A DNA stretch of 64,000 nucleotides from Sumerlaeia bacterium (GCA_040219255.1 JAVJSW010000046.1:1-64000); one strand, 5' to 3'; counted from the stretch's first letter, positions 49,137-61,855 are shown. Program-made: numbers and translations. Notes: generated by a model from the sequence alone, not told the origin.

Positions 49137-50153
49137 ATGATTCATCAGGGACTCGAGTTTCACGGCATCGATTTTGTCGACGAAATCAACGACTCCGGCG
49201 GATGGCACCTTCGGCGCTTGCCACCCGAAGTTCATCGCCACCTCAACCCCGGGGCGAAGTTCCAGTACCTGACCCCGGCGGGGGCGGAAATTCGCTTCGT
49301 GCCCACCGGCAAGGGCTCGGTCAAACTCACGCTGTCGTCCCTCGACGCCGAACCGGTGCAGGTCTCCATCCTGTGGGGCGGGTTCGCCGAACTGGAGAGC
49401 TTCACGATCGAAACGGAGCCGACCGTCATCAAGCTCACGCTCCCCGAACGCTTCTCGGCCGTCACCGGCGAGGCCCGCGCCTCGATGTCCTTCTGTCCCC
49501 GGGTCTGCCGGGTCGTTCTCCCGACTTTCGGTAAGGTGGCGTTTCACAAGGCGGAGGGCGATTTCCGGCTGCCGCTTCAAGAAGAAAAGCCGCAACGGCG
49601 AGCCATTTTCTACGGCACTTCGATCACCCACGGGGCCAGCGCCACCCGGCCCTATCTGGCCTGGGCCTCGCTTCTGAGCCGATGGCTGGGGATGGACTGC
49701 TTGAACTATGGCACGGCCGGGTCGTGTCACATCGAACCCGAGATGTCCGATTTCATCGCCGGGCGGTCAGACTGGGACCTCGCCGTGTTCTGCATCAGCG
49801 TCAACCTGGTTGGAGACTTCAAACCCGCTCACCTGTTCGCCGAGCGGACCCGCTATCTTCTGGGAACCTGCCTTGCGGCTCATCCCAAGAAGCCCATCGT
49901 GGCGTTTTCGCCGCTGCCCTGGTGGCCGGATTTTTGCCCCGGATCGGAAGACTACAAGGCCCTTTGCGATCAATACCGCACCGTTCTGCAATCTATCGGC
50001 GAGGAATTGACTTCCCCCAACCTGCACATTTTCCACGGGCCCGACTTGCTGCGTGACGTGACTGGCCTGACGACCGACCTGCTTCATCCCTCGGACCTCG
50101 GCATGATCGAGATCGCGAAGCGGCTGGAAGAAAAACTCCGCCTGCTGGTCTAG
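49137..50153 (+). CDS. SGNH/GDSL hydrolase
   Basis: YGTSITHG, NYGTAG, SVN and DLLHP. Confidence 0.85.
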   Translation: MIHQGLEFHGIDFVDEINDSGGWHLRRLPPEVHRHLNPGAKFQYLTPAGAEIRFVPTGKGSVKLTLSSLDAEPVQVSILWGGFAELESFTIETEPTVIKLTLPERFSAVTGEARASMSFCPRVCRVVLPTFGKVAFHKAEGDFRLPLQEEKPQRRAIFYGTSITHGASATRPYLAWASLLSRWLGMDCLNYGTAGSCHIEPEMSDFIAGRSDWDLAVFCISVNLVGDFKPAHLFAERTRYLLGTCLAAHPKKPIVAFSPLPWWPDFCPGSEDYKALCDQYRTVLQSIGEELTSPNLHIFHGPDLLRDVTGLTTDLLHPSDLGMIEIAKRLEEKLRLLV

Positions 50154-50215
50154 GCGGTCCTCGGCGGAGGCGCGCCAAGACGCAACGATCCACCTTTCGG
50201 GAAGGCAATGCGACC

Positions 50216-51202
50216 ATGAGACCGACCTGCACCTCGCTCCTCTGGGGCTTGGCCGGGATTTTATTCCTGGCCCTCGCCGGGCCCCTCCGCGCCCAATCGC
50301 CCACGACCTCCACTCTTCCCTCGGAACAGGAAACCCGCGCCGCCGCCGGGCGCATCCGTGCTTTCATCGGAAGCGAGATGTTCGGCCCCGGCGCGTTCGA
50401 AGTCCTCACCGTGGCGGAGGAAGCGCTGATCGAAAAGCACGCGGCGGGGGAGGCTTCCCTGGTGCGGCTGGAGGACCTATGGGCCCACGCGCTTCAGGAA
50501 GGGCTCGTGCTCTTCAATAACCCGGAAAAGCGGTGGGGCCGCACCACCGCCGAAGAAACCAGCGACATGATCGGCCAGACCACCATCGGGCCCTGGCAGA
50601 TGACCGTGACGAATATCCGCACGACTTACGGCCCGCGCTATGGGGTCGATCAGGCCTGGATGAACACGGAGATCTACGACTTCGTGCGCGGCTATCCGGA
50701 AATCCAGGCGAAGATGATCGCCGACTATATCCAATTGAGTTACGAGAAGTTCGGTGTGCGCTCACCCTATGCGATTCAGCGCTACTTCTGGCTCGAGCCC
50801 TACGTGCGCGGCGAGATCGGCCAGGCGGAAGACTGGACAAAAAGCCCCGTCGCCAAGCCCGGACCGGGTCAGACCTGGAAGGACCTGACCGCCGCCGACA
50901 AGGCCGACACGGGCTTCTACGCCAAGCAGGTGCTCCTCGGCACGCACTACACGAAGAGCGGCCTGCTGTTCTGGCTCCTGGTTACCGGCAACGAGGATGC
51001 CGCCCGCGAGGCGATACGCACCTGGCGCGATCACCGCCGCGTTGTGCTGGACCCGCGGAATGGCTACGTGACCACCGAGGTGCCGGGCGGCTTCGCGCTG
51101 AGCCCAGAGGACGTGCGGTTTGCCGACGGCCACCCGGAGATTCGCGAGCGGCTTCGCGCGCTCATTCGTGAGGAAAACGCGGCCGCTCTCGAAGAACGCT
51201 GA
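50216..51202 (+). CDS. Hypothetical secreted protein
   Basis: Signal peptide ending LRA-Q and host-like codon usage. No family recognised. Confidence 0.65.
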   Translation: MRPTCTSLLWGLAGILFLALAGPLRAQSPTTSTLPSEQETRAAAGRIRAFIGSEMFGPGAFEVLTVAEEALIEKHAAGEASLVRLEDLWAHALQEGLVLFNNPEKRWGRTTAEETSDMIGQTTIGPWQMTVTNIRTTYGPRYGVDQAWMNTEIYDFVRGYPEIQAKMIADYIQLSYEKFGVRSPYAIQRYFWLEPYVRGEIGQAEDWTKSPVAKPGPGQTWKDLTAADKADTGFYAKQVLLGTHYTKSGLLFWLLVTGNEDAAREAIRTWRDHRRVVLDPRNGYVTTEVPGGFALSPEDVRFADGHPEIRERLRALIREENAAALEER

Positions 51203-51214
51203 TCGCTCGGCCCT

Positions 51215-51784
51215 TTAGGGCGTCGCGGAGCCACCACCGTTCGCCGCGATGCCGCTCGCATCCACAATCAGAAGCGACTCGTTGGCTTCCCGGACCTTGC
51301 CGACAACGGTGACTTCCGCGCCCGGTTCCAGTCCGTTCTGACCCTTGAGGTCGACCTTCAGCGTCTTGCCATCCGCATCAAGGACCTGGATGGTGGCGCT
51401 GTTGGCGGCGATGGTGTCGCGGGGCACGCAGCAGGCATCCCACGGCACGGCACAGGCGTCGGTGCAGGCGGGCGCGACTTCGCTGTCGGCGACCAGGAAA
51501 ATGGCGCGGCCTTCGGTGAAGGGCTCAACCCGGCCGCCGATATAGCCGGTCAGGGCGATGTCGTCCCCCGCTTTGGCGTTGGCGCGGGCCTGGGAAACGG
51601 TCAGGGCGTTGGCGGGGGCTTCGGCGAGGAAGAAACCTTCGGGCAGCGCGGGGGCCTGCTCCGCCGGGGCGGCGGCGGTGGTTTCTTGGGCGGCGGTTGC
51701 GCCGGTGGACTCGGCGCCTTCCTGGGCGCAGCCAGCGAGGGCAAGGATCGAGGCGAAGGCCAGGGTCGTGGGGATGAGCTTCAT
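51215..51784 (-). CDS. Lipoprotein with OB-fold-like domain and Cys cluster
   Basis: Lipobox LAGC and ACTDACAVPWDACC. AGGAG RBS. Confidence 0.75.
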   Translation of the reverse strand: MKLIPTTLAFASILALAGCAQEGAESTGATAAQETTAAAPAEQAPALPEGFFLAEAPANALTVSQARANAKAGDDIALTGYIGGRVEPFTEGRAIFLVADSEVAPACTDACAVPWDACCVPRDTIAANSATIQVLDADGKTLKVDLKGQNGLEPGAEVTVVGKVREANESLLIVDASGIAANGGGSATP

Positions 51785-51813
51785 GGGGTGTTCTCCTGTT
51801 GGAACGAGTGGGG

Positions 51814-52980
51814 TTAGAGAGATTTCAGGGCTTCCGGGATGGGCATTCTCAGGCACCGCCACGCGGGCGGCAGGGTTCCGAGGATGCCGAGAAAAAGGCC
51901 GACGGTTCCCCCGGCGGCCAGGACGGTGGCGTTGAGCGTGAGCTGAAACACGCCCATGGAAAAGGAAATGGCGATGCCATCGAGGAGGAGCTTGGCGACC
52001 AGCAAAGCCACAAAGACCGCGGCGGCGGCGGCCAGCAGCGCTTCCTGAACCAGGCTGAAGACGATGGCGCGGCGCGGGAACCCGAGCGATTGCAGCATCC
52101 CGATCTCGCGCACCCGGGCGGCAAAGGCGCTGTACAGTGTGTTCAGACCCCCGAGAATGCCCGCCAGCGCGATCAGGATCGCCGTGGCCCAGATCATGAT
52201 CTGGATCGGCCGGTAGAACCGCAGGAGCGACGCATAGTAATCGGCCTCCATGACCGCCGCCAACTCCAGGTCCACCCGCATCTTGGTAAAGGCGTCCACG
52301 TCGGCGAACTCGGCTTCGCCGAGGCGCACCACGACGCAGGACAGGCCATCGCGTTTCGTGGCGACCTGCAAGTCCGTCAGGGGGGTCCACAGTTCGGCGT
52401 CCATCACGGTGCCGCGGGCCATGAAGCGCCCGGCGACGGTCCAGGGCTGGCCTTCGAACCAGAGCGACTGGCCGATGGCGAGGGCTTGCGGGGGCAGGCC
52501 GAGTTTCTCCGCCGCCAGACTCCCAGCCAGCAGTTCGTTGTTGCCGGGGCGGGGGGCGCGGCCCTCCACGATTTCGACCCGTTCGTGGACCAGGAACGCT
52601 CCCGGCGTCATGCCCCGCACGACCGCGCGCAGTTCGCGCTCCGAGTTCTCGTTCTCGAAGAAGATCAGCGCGGAGACGATTTCCGGCGAGACAAAGGGCA
52701 CGCCGCCCGCGCTATGAATACCCGGCAGGCTAGCGCTGAGGATTCCGGGCGTCGTGGCGGGGATTTCGCTGCGCTCGATGCTTTCTTCGCTGCCGGTGGC
52801 CAGCAGGATGACGTTGCGCGAGTCGTTGCGGATGCTCAGGGACGAGCGCATTCCCTCCACAAAAGCGGCGGCGGCGACAATGAGCAGCACCACAAGCGCG
52901 TTCCCCAGCAGAATGGCCAGGAAGCGGCGGGGCGAACGGCCCAGGTTTCGGACGGCGTAGTCGAACGGTAAGAGCTTCAT
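51814..52980 (-). CDS. ABC transporter permease (MacB/FtsX family)
   Basis: YAVRNLGR, RVREIGMLQSLGF and PPAWR. Confidence 0.9.
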   Translation of the reverse strand: MKLLPFDYAVRNLGRSPRRFLAILLGNALVVLLIVAAAAFVEGMRSSLSIRNDSRNVILLATGSEESIERSEIPATTPGILSASLPGIHSAGGVPFVSPEIVSALIFFENENSERELRAVVRGMTPGAFLVHERVEIVEGRAPRPGNNELLAGSLAAEKLGLPPQALAIGQSLWFEGQPWTVAGRFMARGTVMDAELWTPLTDLQVATKRDGLSCVVVRLGEAEFADVDAFTKMRVDLELAAVMEADYYASLLRFYRPIQIMIWATAILIALAGILGGLNTLYSAFAARVREIGMLQSLGFPRRAIVFSLVQEALLAAAAAVFVALLVAKLLLDGIAISFSMGVFQLTLNATVLAAGGTVGLFLGILGTLPPAWRCLRMPIPEALKSL

Positions 52981-52982
52981 CG

Positions 52983-54125
52983 TCACACCGCCCGGAAGGC
53001 TTCCGCCGTGGAAAGGCGGGCGGCCCGCACGGCTGGCAGCAGCCCGGCCCCGACGCCAATGACCGCGCAGATCGCCATGCCAAGCGCGATGGTGAACGCT
53101 TCCGTCTCGATGATGACGCTGAGGCCTTCCACCGAGAAGGTGAACTGGCCAAAGCGCGACACCAGATGCGCGACGCCGACGCCCAATACGCCGCCGAGGA
53201 GGCTGAGTCCGAGACTTTCCACGACCACCAGCCGGGTGATCAGATGCTCGGGATAGCCGAGCGTCTGCATCACCGCGTGATCCTTCACCCGGTCCTGGAC
53301 GGACAGCGAAATGGCGTTGGCCACCAGAGCGAAAATCGCCACCAGGCTGCCAATGCCCAGCCAGCCGGCGAATTCCACCAGCTGAACGATATCGGTCACG
53401 GCGCGGGCCACGAAGGCTTTCTCCGAAGACGTCCACGTCGGAGCCTGCGAATTGGCGAAGGCCGCATCGATGGCCGCCGCCACTGGATCGAGTTGGCTGG
53501 GGTCGGTGACCTCGACGTTGAACTGGGTGACGATGCCTTGCTTGTTGCCGGCGGCGCGCTGGAGGAAATCGAGATGGACGAAGGCCACGTTCTGGTCCTG
53601 CGGGTTTTCCGAGGTCAGAATGCCCGCGATGCTCACCGTGATGCCGGAGGCGCTGAGGCGGTCGCCGACGCCCAGGCCACGGCGCTCGGCCAGGCGTTGG
53701 CCAACGAGGGCCGCGTCGTTCCGCCGGGTCCAGTCATCCAGGCTCCCCGCCAGGAGTTCCATCCCTTCGTCGCGCAGTGCCGCTTCCTGAACGCCCCGGA
53801 AGGTGACGACGTCGAGCGACGCGCGGCAGTTGTTCACGACGATGCGCATCGGGGCGACGCTCTTCACGCCGGGGATTCCGGCGATGGTGCGGGTGTAGTC
53901 CTGGGGCAGTTCGCTGGTGAAGGGGCAGAAGCGGTTTTCTCGGTAAACGACCAGGTGGGTGTCGCTGGCGGTTTCCTGGGTCGCGGCGGCGACGCCCGTG
54001 CGCATGGCCTGGACGGCGCAGAAAAGGAACATGGCCGTCGCGATGCCGCCCAGGGTCAGCAGGGTTCGCGCCCGATGGCGGACGATATATTTCACAACCA
54101 GAGGAATCATGCGTGAGGGGATCAT
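52983..54125 (-). CDS. ABC transporter permease (MacB/FtsX family)
   Basis: RTLLTLGGI, SVQDR...TLGY and LPAVRAAR. Confidence 0.9.
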   Translation of the reverse strand: MIPSRMIPLVVKYIVRHRARTLLTLGGIATAMFLFCAVQAMRTGVAAATQETASDTHLVVYRENRFCPFTSELPQDYTRTIAGIPGVKSVAPMRIVVNNCRASLDVVTFRGVQEAALRDEGMELLAGSLDDWTRRNDAALVGQRLAERRGLGVGDRLSASGITVSIAGILTSENPQDQNVAFVHLDFLQRAAGNKQGIVTQFNVEVTDPSQLDPVAAAIDAAFANSQAPTWTSSEKAFVARAVTDIVQLVEFAGWLGIGSLVAIFALVANAISLSVQDRVKDHAVMQTLGYPEHLITRLVVVESLGLSLLGGVLGVGVAHLVSRFGQFTFSVEGLSVIIETEAFTIALGMAICAVIGVGAGLLPAVRAARLSTAEAFRAV

Positions 54126-54814
54126 ACCAGCGCCTCCTCTTGCTGCTCCACGAGCCGCCCCTTTTCCAGGTGCAGTGTGCGGCTGGCGTAGGCGGTCGCG
54201 TGGGGATCATGGGTCACCATGATGAGCGTGCAGTGCATCTCCCGCGACAGACGCTGGAGCAGAGTCAGGATGTCGTGGGCGGAGGATTTGTCCAGATCGC
54301 CGGTCGGTTCGTCGGCGACGACGATTTTGGGCTCCGTCACAATGGCGCGGGCGATGGCGACGCGCTGCTCCTGGCCGCCGGAAAGCTGACGCGGGTAGTG
54401 ATCGTGGCGGTCGGCGATGCCCACCATGTCGAGAGCCAGCGAAACGCGCTCGTGGCGTTCCCGGCGCGAAAGCTTATGCAGCAACAACGGCAGCTCCACG
54501 TTCTCGTAGGCCGTCAGTACCGGCACCAGATTGTAGAGCTGGAAGATGTAGCCCACGTGGTCGCGGCGCCATCCGGCCAGGGCCGAGCGCGACAGCGTCG
54601 CCACGTCTCTCTCGCCAATAATCAATTGGCCCGAAGTCGGCCGGTCGATTCCGGCGATCAGATTCAGCAGCGTCGTCTTTCCGCTGCCGGACGGCCCCAT
54701 GAGGGCCAGGAACTCGCCCGTTTCCACGTCCAGATCGAGGTGGTCCAGCGGCGTGATTTCCTGATCGCCACGCTTGTAGGTGCGGGTCAATTGGCGGCAT
54801 TGAATGAACGGCAT
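54122..54814 (-). CDS. ABC transporter ATP-binding protein (LolD/MacB-like)
   Basis: GPSGSGKT, LSGGQEQR, ADEPTG and VTHD. Confidence 0.95.
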   Translation of the reverse strand: MPFIQCRQLTRTYKRGDQEITPLDHLDLDVETGEFLALMGPSGSGKTTLLNLIAGIDRPTSGQLIIGERDVATLSRSALAGWRRDHVGYIFQLYNLVPVLTAYENVELPLLLHKLSRRERHERVSLALDMVGIADRHDHYPRQLSGGQEQRVAIARAIVTEPKIVVADEPTGDLDKSSAHDILTLLQRLSREMHCTLIMVTHDPHATAYASRTLHLEKGRLVEQQEEALV

Positions 54815-54815
54815 C

Positions 54816-56270
54816 TCAGTTCTCCTCCTGGCGCACACGGACGCGCTGATCGGGTTCGAGGCGATCCGTGGCGGACACGATCAGCAAATCGCCGGGCTGC
54901 AGACCGGAGGCGATCTCGCTCCAGCCCTCTTCTGTCGCGCCTGTCGTCGTGACCGAGCGCCGGGCTGCGACGCCGGCTTCTCCATCGAAGCGCGACACCA
55001 CCCAGGCGGTGCCGTCCTCGAGCGCCTGGGCGGGGGCGAAGACCGAAAGACCGGTCGCGGGGGGCGTCGCCTCCGAATCCATGACGGGGCGCAGGAACCG
55101 GACGCGGGCGAGCATCTCCGGCTTCAGCTCTTGCGCCGGGTCATCGACCGAAACCTTCACCTCCAGGGTGTTTTTCTGAATATCCGCGCGGTGCGTGATT
55201 CGGCTGACGGTGCCGGAGAACGTGCGGTCGGCCAGCACTTCCACAACGATTTGGGCCGGTTGGCCGACGCCTACCTTGGCCGCATCCGCCAGCGGGACAT
55301 CGACGCGCACCTGGAGTTTTTCCGGATTGTAGAGCTGGGCCACGCGGGCCATATCCGCGTTGTCGGAGGCGCTCATGAGGATCGAACCCGGTTCCACCAG
55401 CCGCCGCATGACGACGCCCTCGGCGGGAGCCTTGATTTCCAGCCGCTCGACGCGAAGCTGGGCTTCCGCGAGTTCGACCCGCGCCAAGTCCAGCCGCCGC
55501 CGCTCCTCGGTTCGCAGTTCCAGGTTCCGCGCGGCCGCGGCGGCTTCCGCCTTCATCCGTTCGAGTTTCGCTTCCAGCTCCCGGATGCGGCTTTCCACGA
55601 CGCGGACGCGGGCGGCCTGTGCCTGGGCCGAGGCTTCCGCCGTGTCGTATTCTTCCTGCGCGATGGACCCTTGCCCCAAGAGGTTTCGGCGGCGGTCGTG
55701 CACCAGGTTGGCTTCGCGGCGCAGGGCCTGCTCGACCTCCAGCTCCGCCCGAGCCAATTCCAGCGCCGCTTCCGTTTCGCGGACCGAGGCTGCGGCCACG
55801 GCGGCTTCCCGCCGCCGGTCCACGTTGGCTTCCCAGGCTTCCTCCGCGGCGCGGGCTTCGGCTTGCGCCCGTTGCAGCGCCAGCCGGGCGTCTTCATCGA
55901 CAAGCCGCACGAGAACTTGCCCCATCTCGACCGCGTCGCCCTCCAGGAACAACACGTCCTCCGCTGTCCCGTTCGTCAGGGTGACGGCGTACACGGCGAA
56001 GGGATCGGGTTCGATCCAGCCGGCGGCTTGGACGATGACTTCGCCCGCCTGCTCCGGATTGTCCGGCGCCGCACTTCGCAGGATCGCCGGGCGCTCGACC
56101 ACCGGGATGGCCCGCACTTCTACAGCCGGGGTGAGACTGCTGGCCATGGAGCCGGCAAACAACCCGCCAAAGGCAACCAGAAGCCCCACCGGCAGAGCCA
56201 CTCGGGTCCCCCATCGGAACTTCGGCGGTGGGATATTCCCCCCACCCGGGGGATTGGTAACAAAAGACAT
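54816..56270 (-). CDS. Efflux periplasmic adaptor (MacA-like)
   Basis: N-terminal TM, AAGWIEP, long coiled coil, IKAPAEG and LKPEM. Confidence 0.88.
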   Translation of the reverse strand: MSFVTNPPGGGNIPPPKFRWGTRVALPVGLLVAFGGLFAGSMASSLTPAVEVRAIPVVERPAILRSAAPDNPEQAGEVIVQAAGWIEPDPFAVYAVTLTNGTAEDVLFLEGDAVEMGQVLVRLVDEDARLALQRAQAEARAAEEAWEANVDRRREAAVAAASVRETEAALELARAELEVEQALRREANLVHDRRRNLLGQGSIAQEEYDTAEASAQAQAARVRVVESRIRELEAKLERMKAEAAAAARNLELRTEERRRLDLARVELAEAQLRVERLEIKAPAEGVVMRRLVEPGSILMSASDNADMARVAQLYNPEKLQVRVDVPLADAAKVGVGQPAQIVVEVLADRTFSGTVSRITHRADIQKNTLEVKVSVDDPAQELKPEMLARVRFLRPVMDSEATPPATGLSVFAPAQALEDGTAWVVSRFDGEAGVAARRSVTTTGATEEGWSEIASGLQPGDLLIVSATDRLEPDQRVRVRQEEN

Positions 56271-56327
56271 AGAGGTCCCTCTCCGCGATTTAAAAAGACG
56301 ATGACGGTTGGACGGCATGCGTCTTTC

Positions 56328-56747
56328 TCAGCAGAGAAAAACCTGGATCTGAAGGTGAAGGCTGGGGCCGGAGCACGGCGAGGGCGGGCCTCGCTTCTCC
56401 AGGGCTTTGCTGGACAGGACCATTTGGTCGAAGTGAAGCGGAGCGGCCCTCGGCATCGGGGCGTCCATGGGCGAGGCGATGTCCACCCGCGCCGTCGCCG
56501 TCGGAGCGGGATCCGCCGCAGTGAAAACGCAGCAGCTTCGCGGGCAGGACCGGTCTTCCGCGCAGGGCGCTTCAGCCGGTTCGTGAGCCGGTTCGCCAGC
56601 TTGGCAGCAAGCGGCCGGCGCATGCGCCGGCGCGGCTGGCCGGGCAAGGCAGCAAAGCCCCGGCGCGGCCTGCAACAGCGCCGCGATCAGGAGCGGAAGC
56701 ACGCACAGAGCGCTGAGAAAACGCTGCCGCCGCAGACTCATGCCCAA
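56328..56747 (-). CDS. Cys-rich leader protein with RGPP motif (DUF2946-like)
   Basis: N-terminal TM/signal, CC...CC...C...CPRSCC and RGPP 17 aa before the stop. First gene of the efflux operon. Confidence 0.6.
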   Translation of the reverse strand: MGMSLRRQRFLSALCVLPLLIAALLQAAPGLCCLARPAAPAHAPAACCQAGEPAHEPAEAPCAEDRSCPRSCCVFTAADPAPTATARVDIASPMDAPMPRAAPLHFDQMVLSSKALEKRGPPSPCSGPSLHLQIQVFLC

Positions 56748-57134
56748 GCCTCCGTCGCCTGGAAAGGCCAGCCGTCGAGAGACCAGAACGCCCGCCTCCC
56801 ACCTCCCGCCAAAGAGGGCGGGGGCGACAGGCTGGGGCTTGGATGGGCGTACAGGACGGTCACGGATTCGGGTCTGGCCTTCCCTTTCAGTTCAAACGGT
56901 GGAATGCCTTTGCCGATAGCGTCCGGTCAAGAGCATTCCAATCCGGTCCAAGATAGTGCGCGCCGCGTTCGGCGCCTTGAGCGGAACCCGTTCGGAAATC
57001 CGCATCACTTCCTTTGACCCGTCCGAGCCCGCATGGTTTGCTCCGTCCGGTGGCGTTGGAGTCCGGCAATCAAGGACATTTCGCATCCGCAAAAGAACGC
57101 GCCTGTGAAGCATCCAGCGCGAAAACGTTATTGA

Positions 57135-59354
<2,220 letters not shown>

Positions 59355-59381
59355 ACCCCCTCAACTCCCAGCAAGACCGAA

Positions 59382-59425
59382 TGTCCCGGCCACTGTCTCC
59401 ACAGTTTGGCCGGGACGTTTTTTTT
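59382..59425 (+). terminator. Intrinsic terminator after katG
   Basis: GTCCCGGCCA...TGGCCGGGAC stem followed by T8. Confidence 0.85.
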
Positions 59426-59478
59426 GGGGCATCGGGCCCATCGCGCCCGAGGTCTTGACGAAGGACGGCGAGGCCCCG

Positions 59479-59529
59479 CCGCACACCGTTAAAACCCACG
59501 AAAAACCCAGCGGTTTGTCACGCGCCAGG
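59479..59529. repeat. 51-bp direct repeat, copy 1
   Basis: 47/51 identical to 62875-62925. Confidence 0.9.
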
Positions 59530-59968
59530 TGCGGGCTCCCGTGCGAGCCTCTCTTCATTCCCACCCCCGGCGCGGAACCCTCTCGCGCCGCACCGAAGGA
59601 CCGAACCATGCACAGCCAACAGTTGAGTCTCCTGCTCGATCTGCACGAGTCCGCACCGCGTAAACGCCATAACGGCGTCGCTTCCAGAGTCTCGGCCAAG
59701 CGGGGCGCGACATGCGGCGATTCCCGCCAGCCGCTCGATAGAGCGCCGGTGCCCCCCTTTTCAGTCCGTGTCTCGCATAAAGACTTTTATTCGCGCCATC
59801 GCCTTTCGTCATCGCCGATCTCGGACATGGGAAGTTCGAGTTGAAACAATTTCTGGAATCGCGCCTTGCCCGATGCCCCCGTGGCGGTGTCTTTCTCCGC
59901 GTTTGCGATGGGCCGCCACAAGGGACCCGTTCGCGTGAATTTGAGCTTTCATCCATAAGGGAAAATTG

Positions 59969-61609
59969 ATGCTGAATATTTTCAAGAAGAAGCGCGGGAA
60001 CTGGAAGGACGACATCCTTTCCGGCCTGACCGTATCGCTGGCGCTCGTGCCCGAGGCTATCGCCTTCGCGTTCGTCGCGGGCGTTTCGCCGCTCGTGGGC
60101 CTGTACGCTTCGTTCTTTATCGGCCTGATCACCGCCGCGTTCGGTGGCCGGCCGGGCATGATCTGTGGCGCCACGGGGGCCCTGGCCGTCGTGATGGTGA
60201 CCCTTGTCAAGCACGGCAACGAAATCGGCGGCGAAGGCGCCGGCGTGGAATATCTGTTCCTGACGGTGATTCTGATGGGCATTCTGCAGGCCTCCGCCGG
60301 GGTGCTTCGCCTTGGCAAGCTCATCCGCCTCGTTCCCCATCCGGTCATGATGGGTTTTGTGAACGGTCTGGCGATCGTGATTTTCCTGTCGCAAATCGAC
60401 ATGTTCAAGGTGCGTAACGGCGCCGAGGTCGGCGGCTGGCTCGAAGGCTCGTCGATGGCGATTATGCTGGGCCTGACGGCGCTGACGATGGCGATTATCT
60501 ATTTCCTGCCCAAGTTGACCAAGGCCGTCCCGGCCTCACTGGTGGCGATTCTGGCGGTCACCGGCATCGCCTTCTTCGGCGTCGAGACGCAGGTCGTGGG
60601 CGATCTCGCCTCGGTCAAGGGCGGGCTGCCCATTCCCGGCATCCCCAGCGTGCCGCTCAACATGGAAACGCTGGCCTTCATTTTCCCCTACGCGGCGGTG
60701 CTGGCGGCCATTGGCCTGATCGAGTCGCTGATGACGCTGCAATTGATCGACGTGCTGACGGAGTCGCGGGGCCGGGGCAATCGCGAGTGCGTCGCCCAGG
60801 GCGCCGCCAACGTGGTCACCGGATTTTTCGGCGGCATGGGTGGCTGCGCCATGATCGGCCAGAGCCTGATCAACATCGAATCGGGCGGCCGCGGCCGCAC
60901 CTCGGGAGTCGTCGCCGCCGTGGCGCTGCTCCTGTTCATCCTGTTCGGTTCGCCCTTTATCGACCGCATTCCTATCGCCGCCCTGACCGGGGTGATGTTC
61001 ATGGTGGTCATCGGCACCTTTGAGTGGGCCACCTTCCGCACCTTTGGCAAGGTCCCCAAGAGCGACCTGCTCGTCGTGGGCATCGTCACCGTGGTCACCG
61101 TGTGGCACGATCTGGCCCTCGCCGTGCTGGCCGGCGTCGTCGTCTCGGCGCTGGTGTTCGCGTGGAAGAGTTCGCGCCACGTCACGCTGGAGACCGTGAA
61201 ATCCACGGACAACGAGCGCGTTTATTCGCTCAGCGGGCTGCTCTATTTCGGCTCCGTGGTGGACTTCAACAACCACTTCAAACCGGCCAAGGACCCGGAG
61301 AACGTGGTGATCGATTTCCTCGAAGCCCGGGTGTGCGACATGTCCGGCCTGGAAGCGATCAACGTCCTGGCCGAGCGCTACCGCAAACTCGGCAAAGTGC
61401 TGCACGTGCGGCATCTTTCGCCCGATTGCCGGGCCATGCTGACCAAGGCCGGGGCTCTGGTGGACATCGAAGTGGCCAGCGACGACCCGGAATACCTGGT
61501 CACCCGCATCGGCCTGACCGCCGCCAAGGACCGCGCCGACAAGCAGAAACCGGCCGTGACCCTCCCCACCCCCGCCCTGCCCACCCCGGCGATTCCAGCG
61601 GCCCAGTAG
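59969..61609 (+). CDS. SulP/SLC26 anion transporter with STAS domain
   Basis: ALVPEAIAF, GGRPGMI, GGCAMIGQS and GLLYFGS. Confidence 0.93.
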   Translation: MLNIFKKKRGNWKDDILSGLTVSLALVPEAIAFAFVAGVSPLVGLYASFFIGLITAAFGGRPGMICGATGALAVVMVTLVKHGNEIGGEGAGVEYLFLTVILMGILQASAGVLRLGKLIRLVPHPVMMGFVNGLAIVIFLSQIDMFKVRNGAEVGGWLEGSSMAIMLGLTALTMAIIYFLPKLTKAVPASLVAILAVTGIAFFGVETQVVGDLASVKGGLPIPGIPSVPLNMETLAFIFPYAAVLAAIGLIESLMTLQLIDVLTESRGRGNRECVAQGAANVVTGFFGGMGGCAMIGQSLINIESGGRGRTSGVVAAVALLLFILFGSPFIDRIPIAALTGVMFMVVIGTFEWATFRTFGKVPKSDLLVVGIVTVVTVWHDLALAVLAGVVVSALVFAWKSSRHVTLETVKSTDNERVYSLSGLLYFGSVVDFNNHFKPAKDPENVVIDFLEARVCDMSGLEAINVLAERYRKLGKVLHVRHLSPDCRAMLTKAGALVDIEVASDDPEYLVTRIGLTAAKDRADKQKPAVTLPTPALPTPAIPAAQ

Positions 61610-61638
61610 GGCGAGAGCGGGGCGTGGCTGGTTTATGA

Positions 61639-61769
61639 TTTTAGCCACGGATGAACGCGGATGGCGCTGATGATGGGGTGTAGGGGCGGGGGAAGTAGAA
61701 GTATCAGAGCCCCGAAGCATCTGTGTTCATCCGCGTGATCTGCGGCAAAATAAAGACCTTCGTGCTTCC
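61639..61769. repeat. Periodic inverted-repeat (hairpin/MITE-like) element, copy 1
   Basis: TTTTAGCCACGGATGAACGCGGAT... / ...ATCTGTGTTCATCCGCGTGATCTGCGGCAA, with tail CCTTCGTGCTTCC. Confidence 0.8.
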
Positions 61770-61855
61770 ATGGGGCGTGGCCCCAATCGTCCCCCCGGCG
61801 GTACAACTCTTGCCTCCCTCTCGACCTCACTCCAGGGGACCCGGGAGGGCTGGTC

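Noticed and set aside
59608-59844. ORF starting MHSQQLSLLLDLH, reminiscent of a methyltransferase N-terminus
   Set aside because: The resemblance covers only ~13 residues and the rest looks non-coding. It is too weak to annotate and is mentioned only under the repeat finding.
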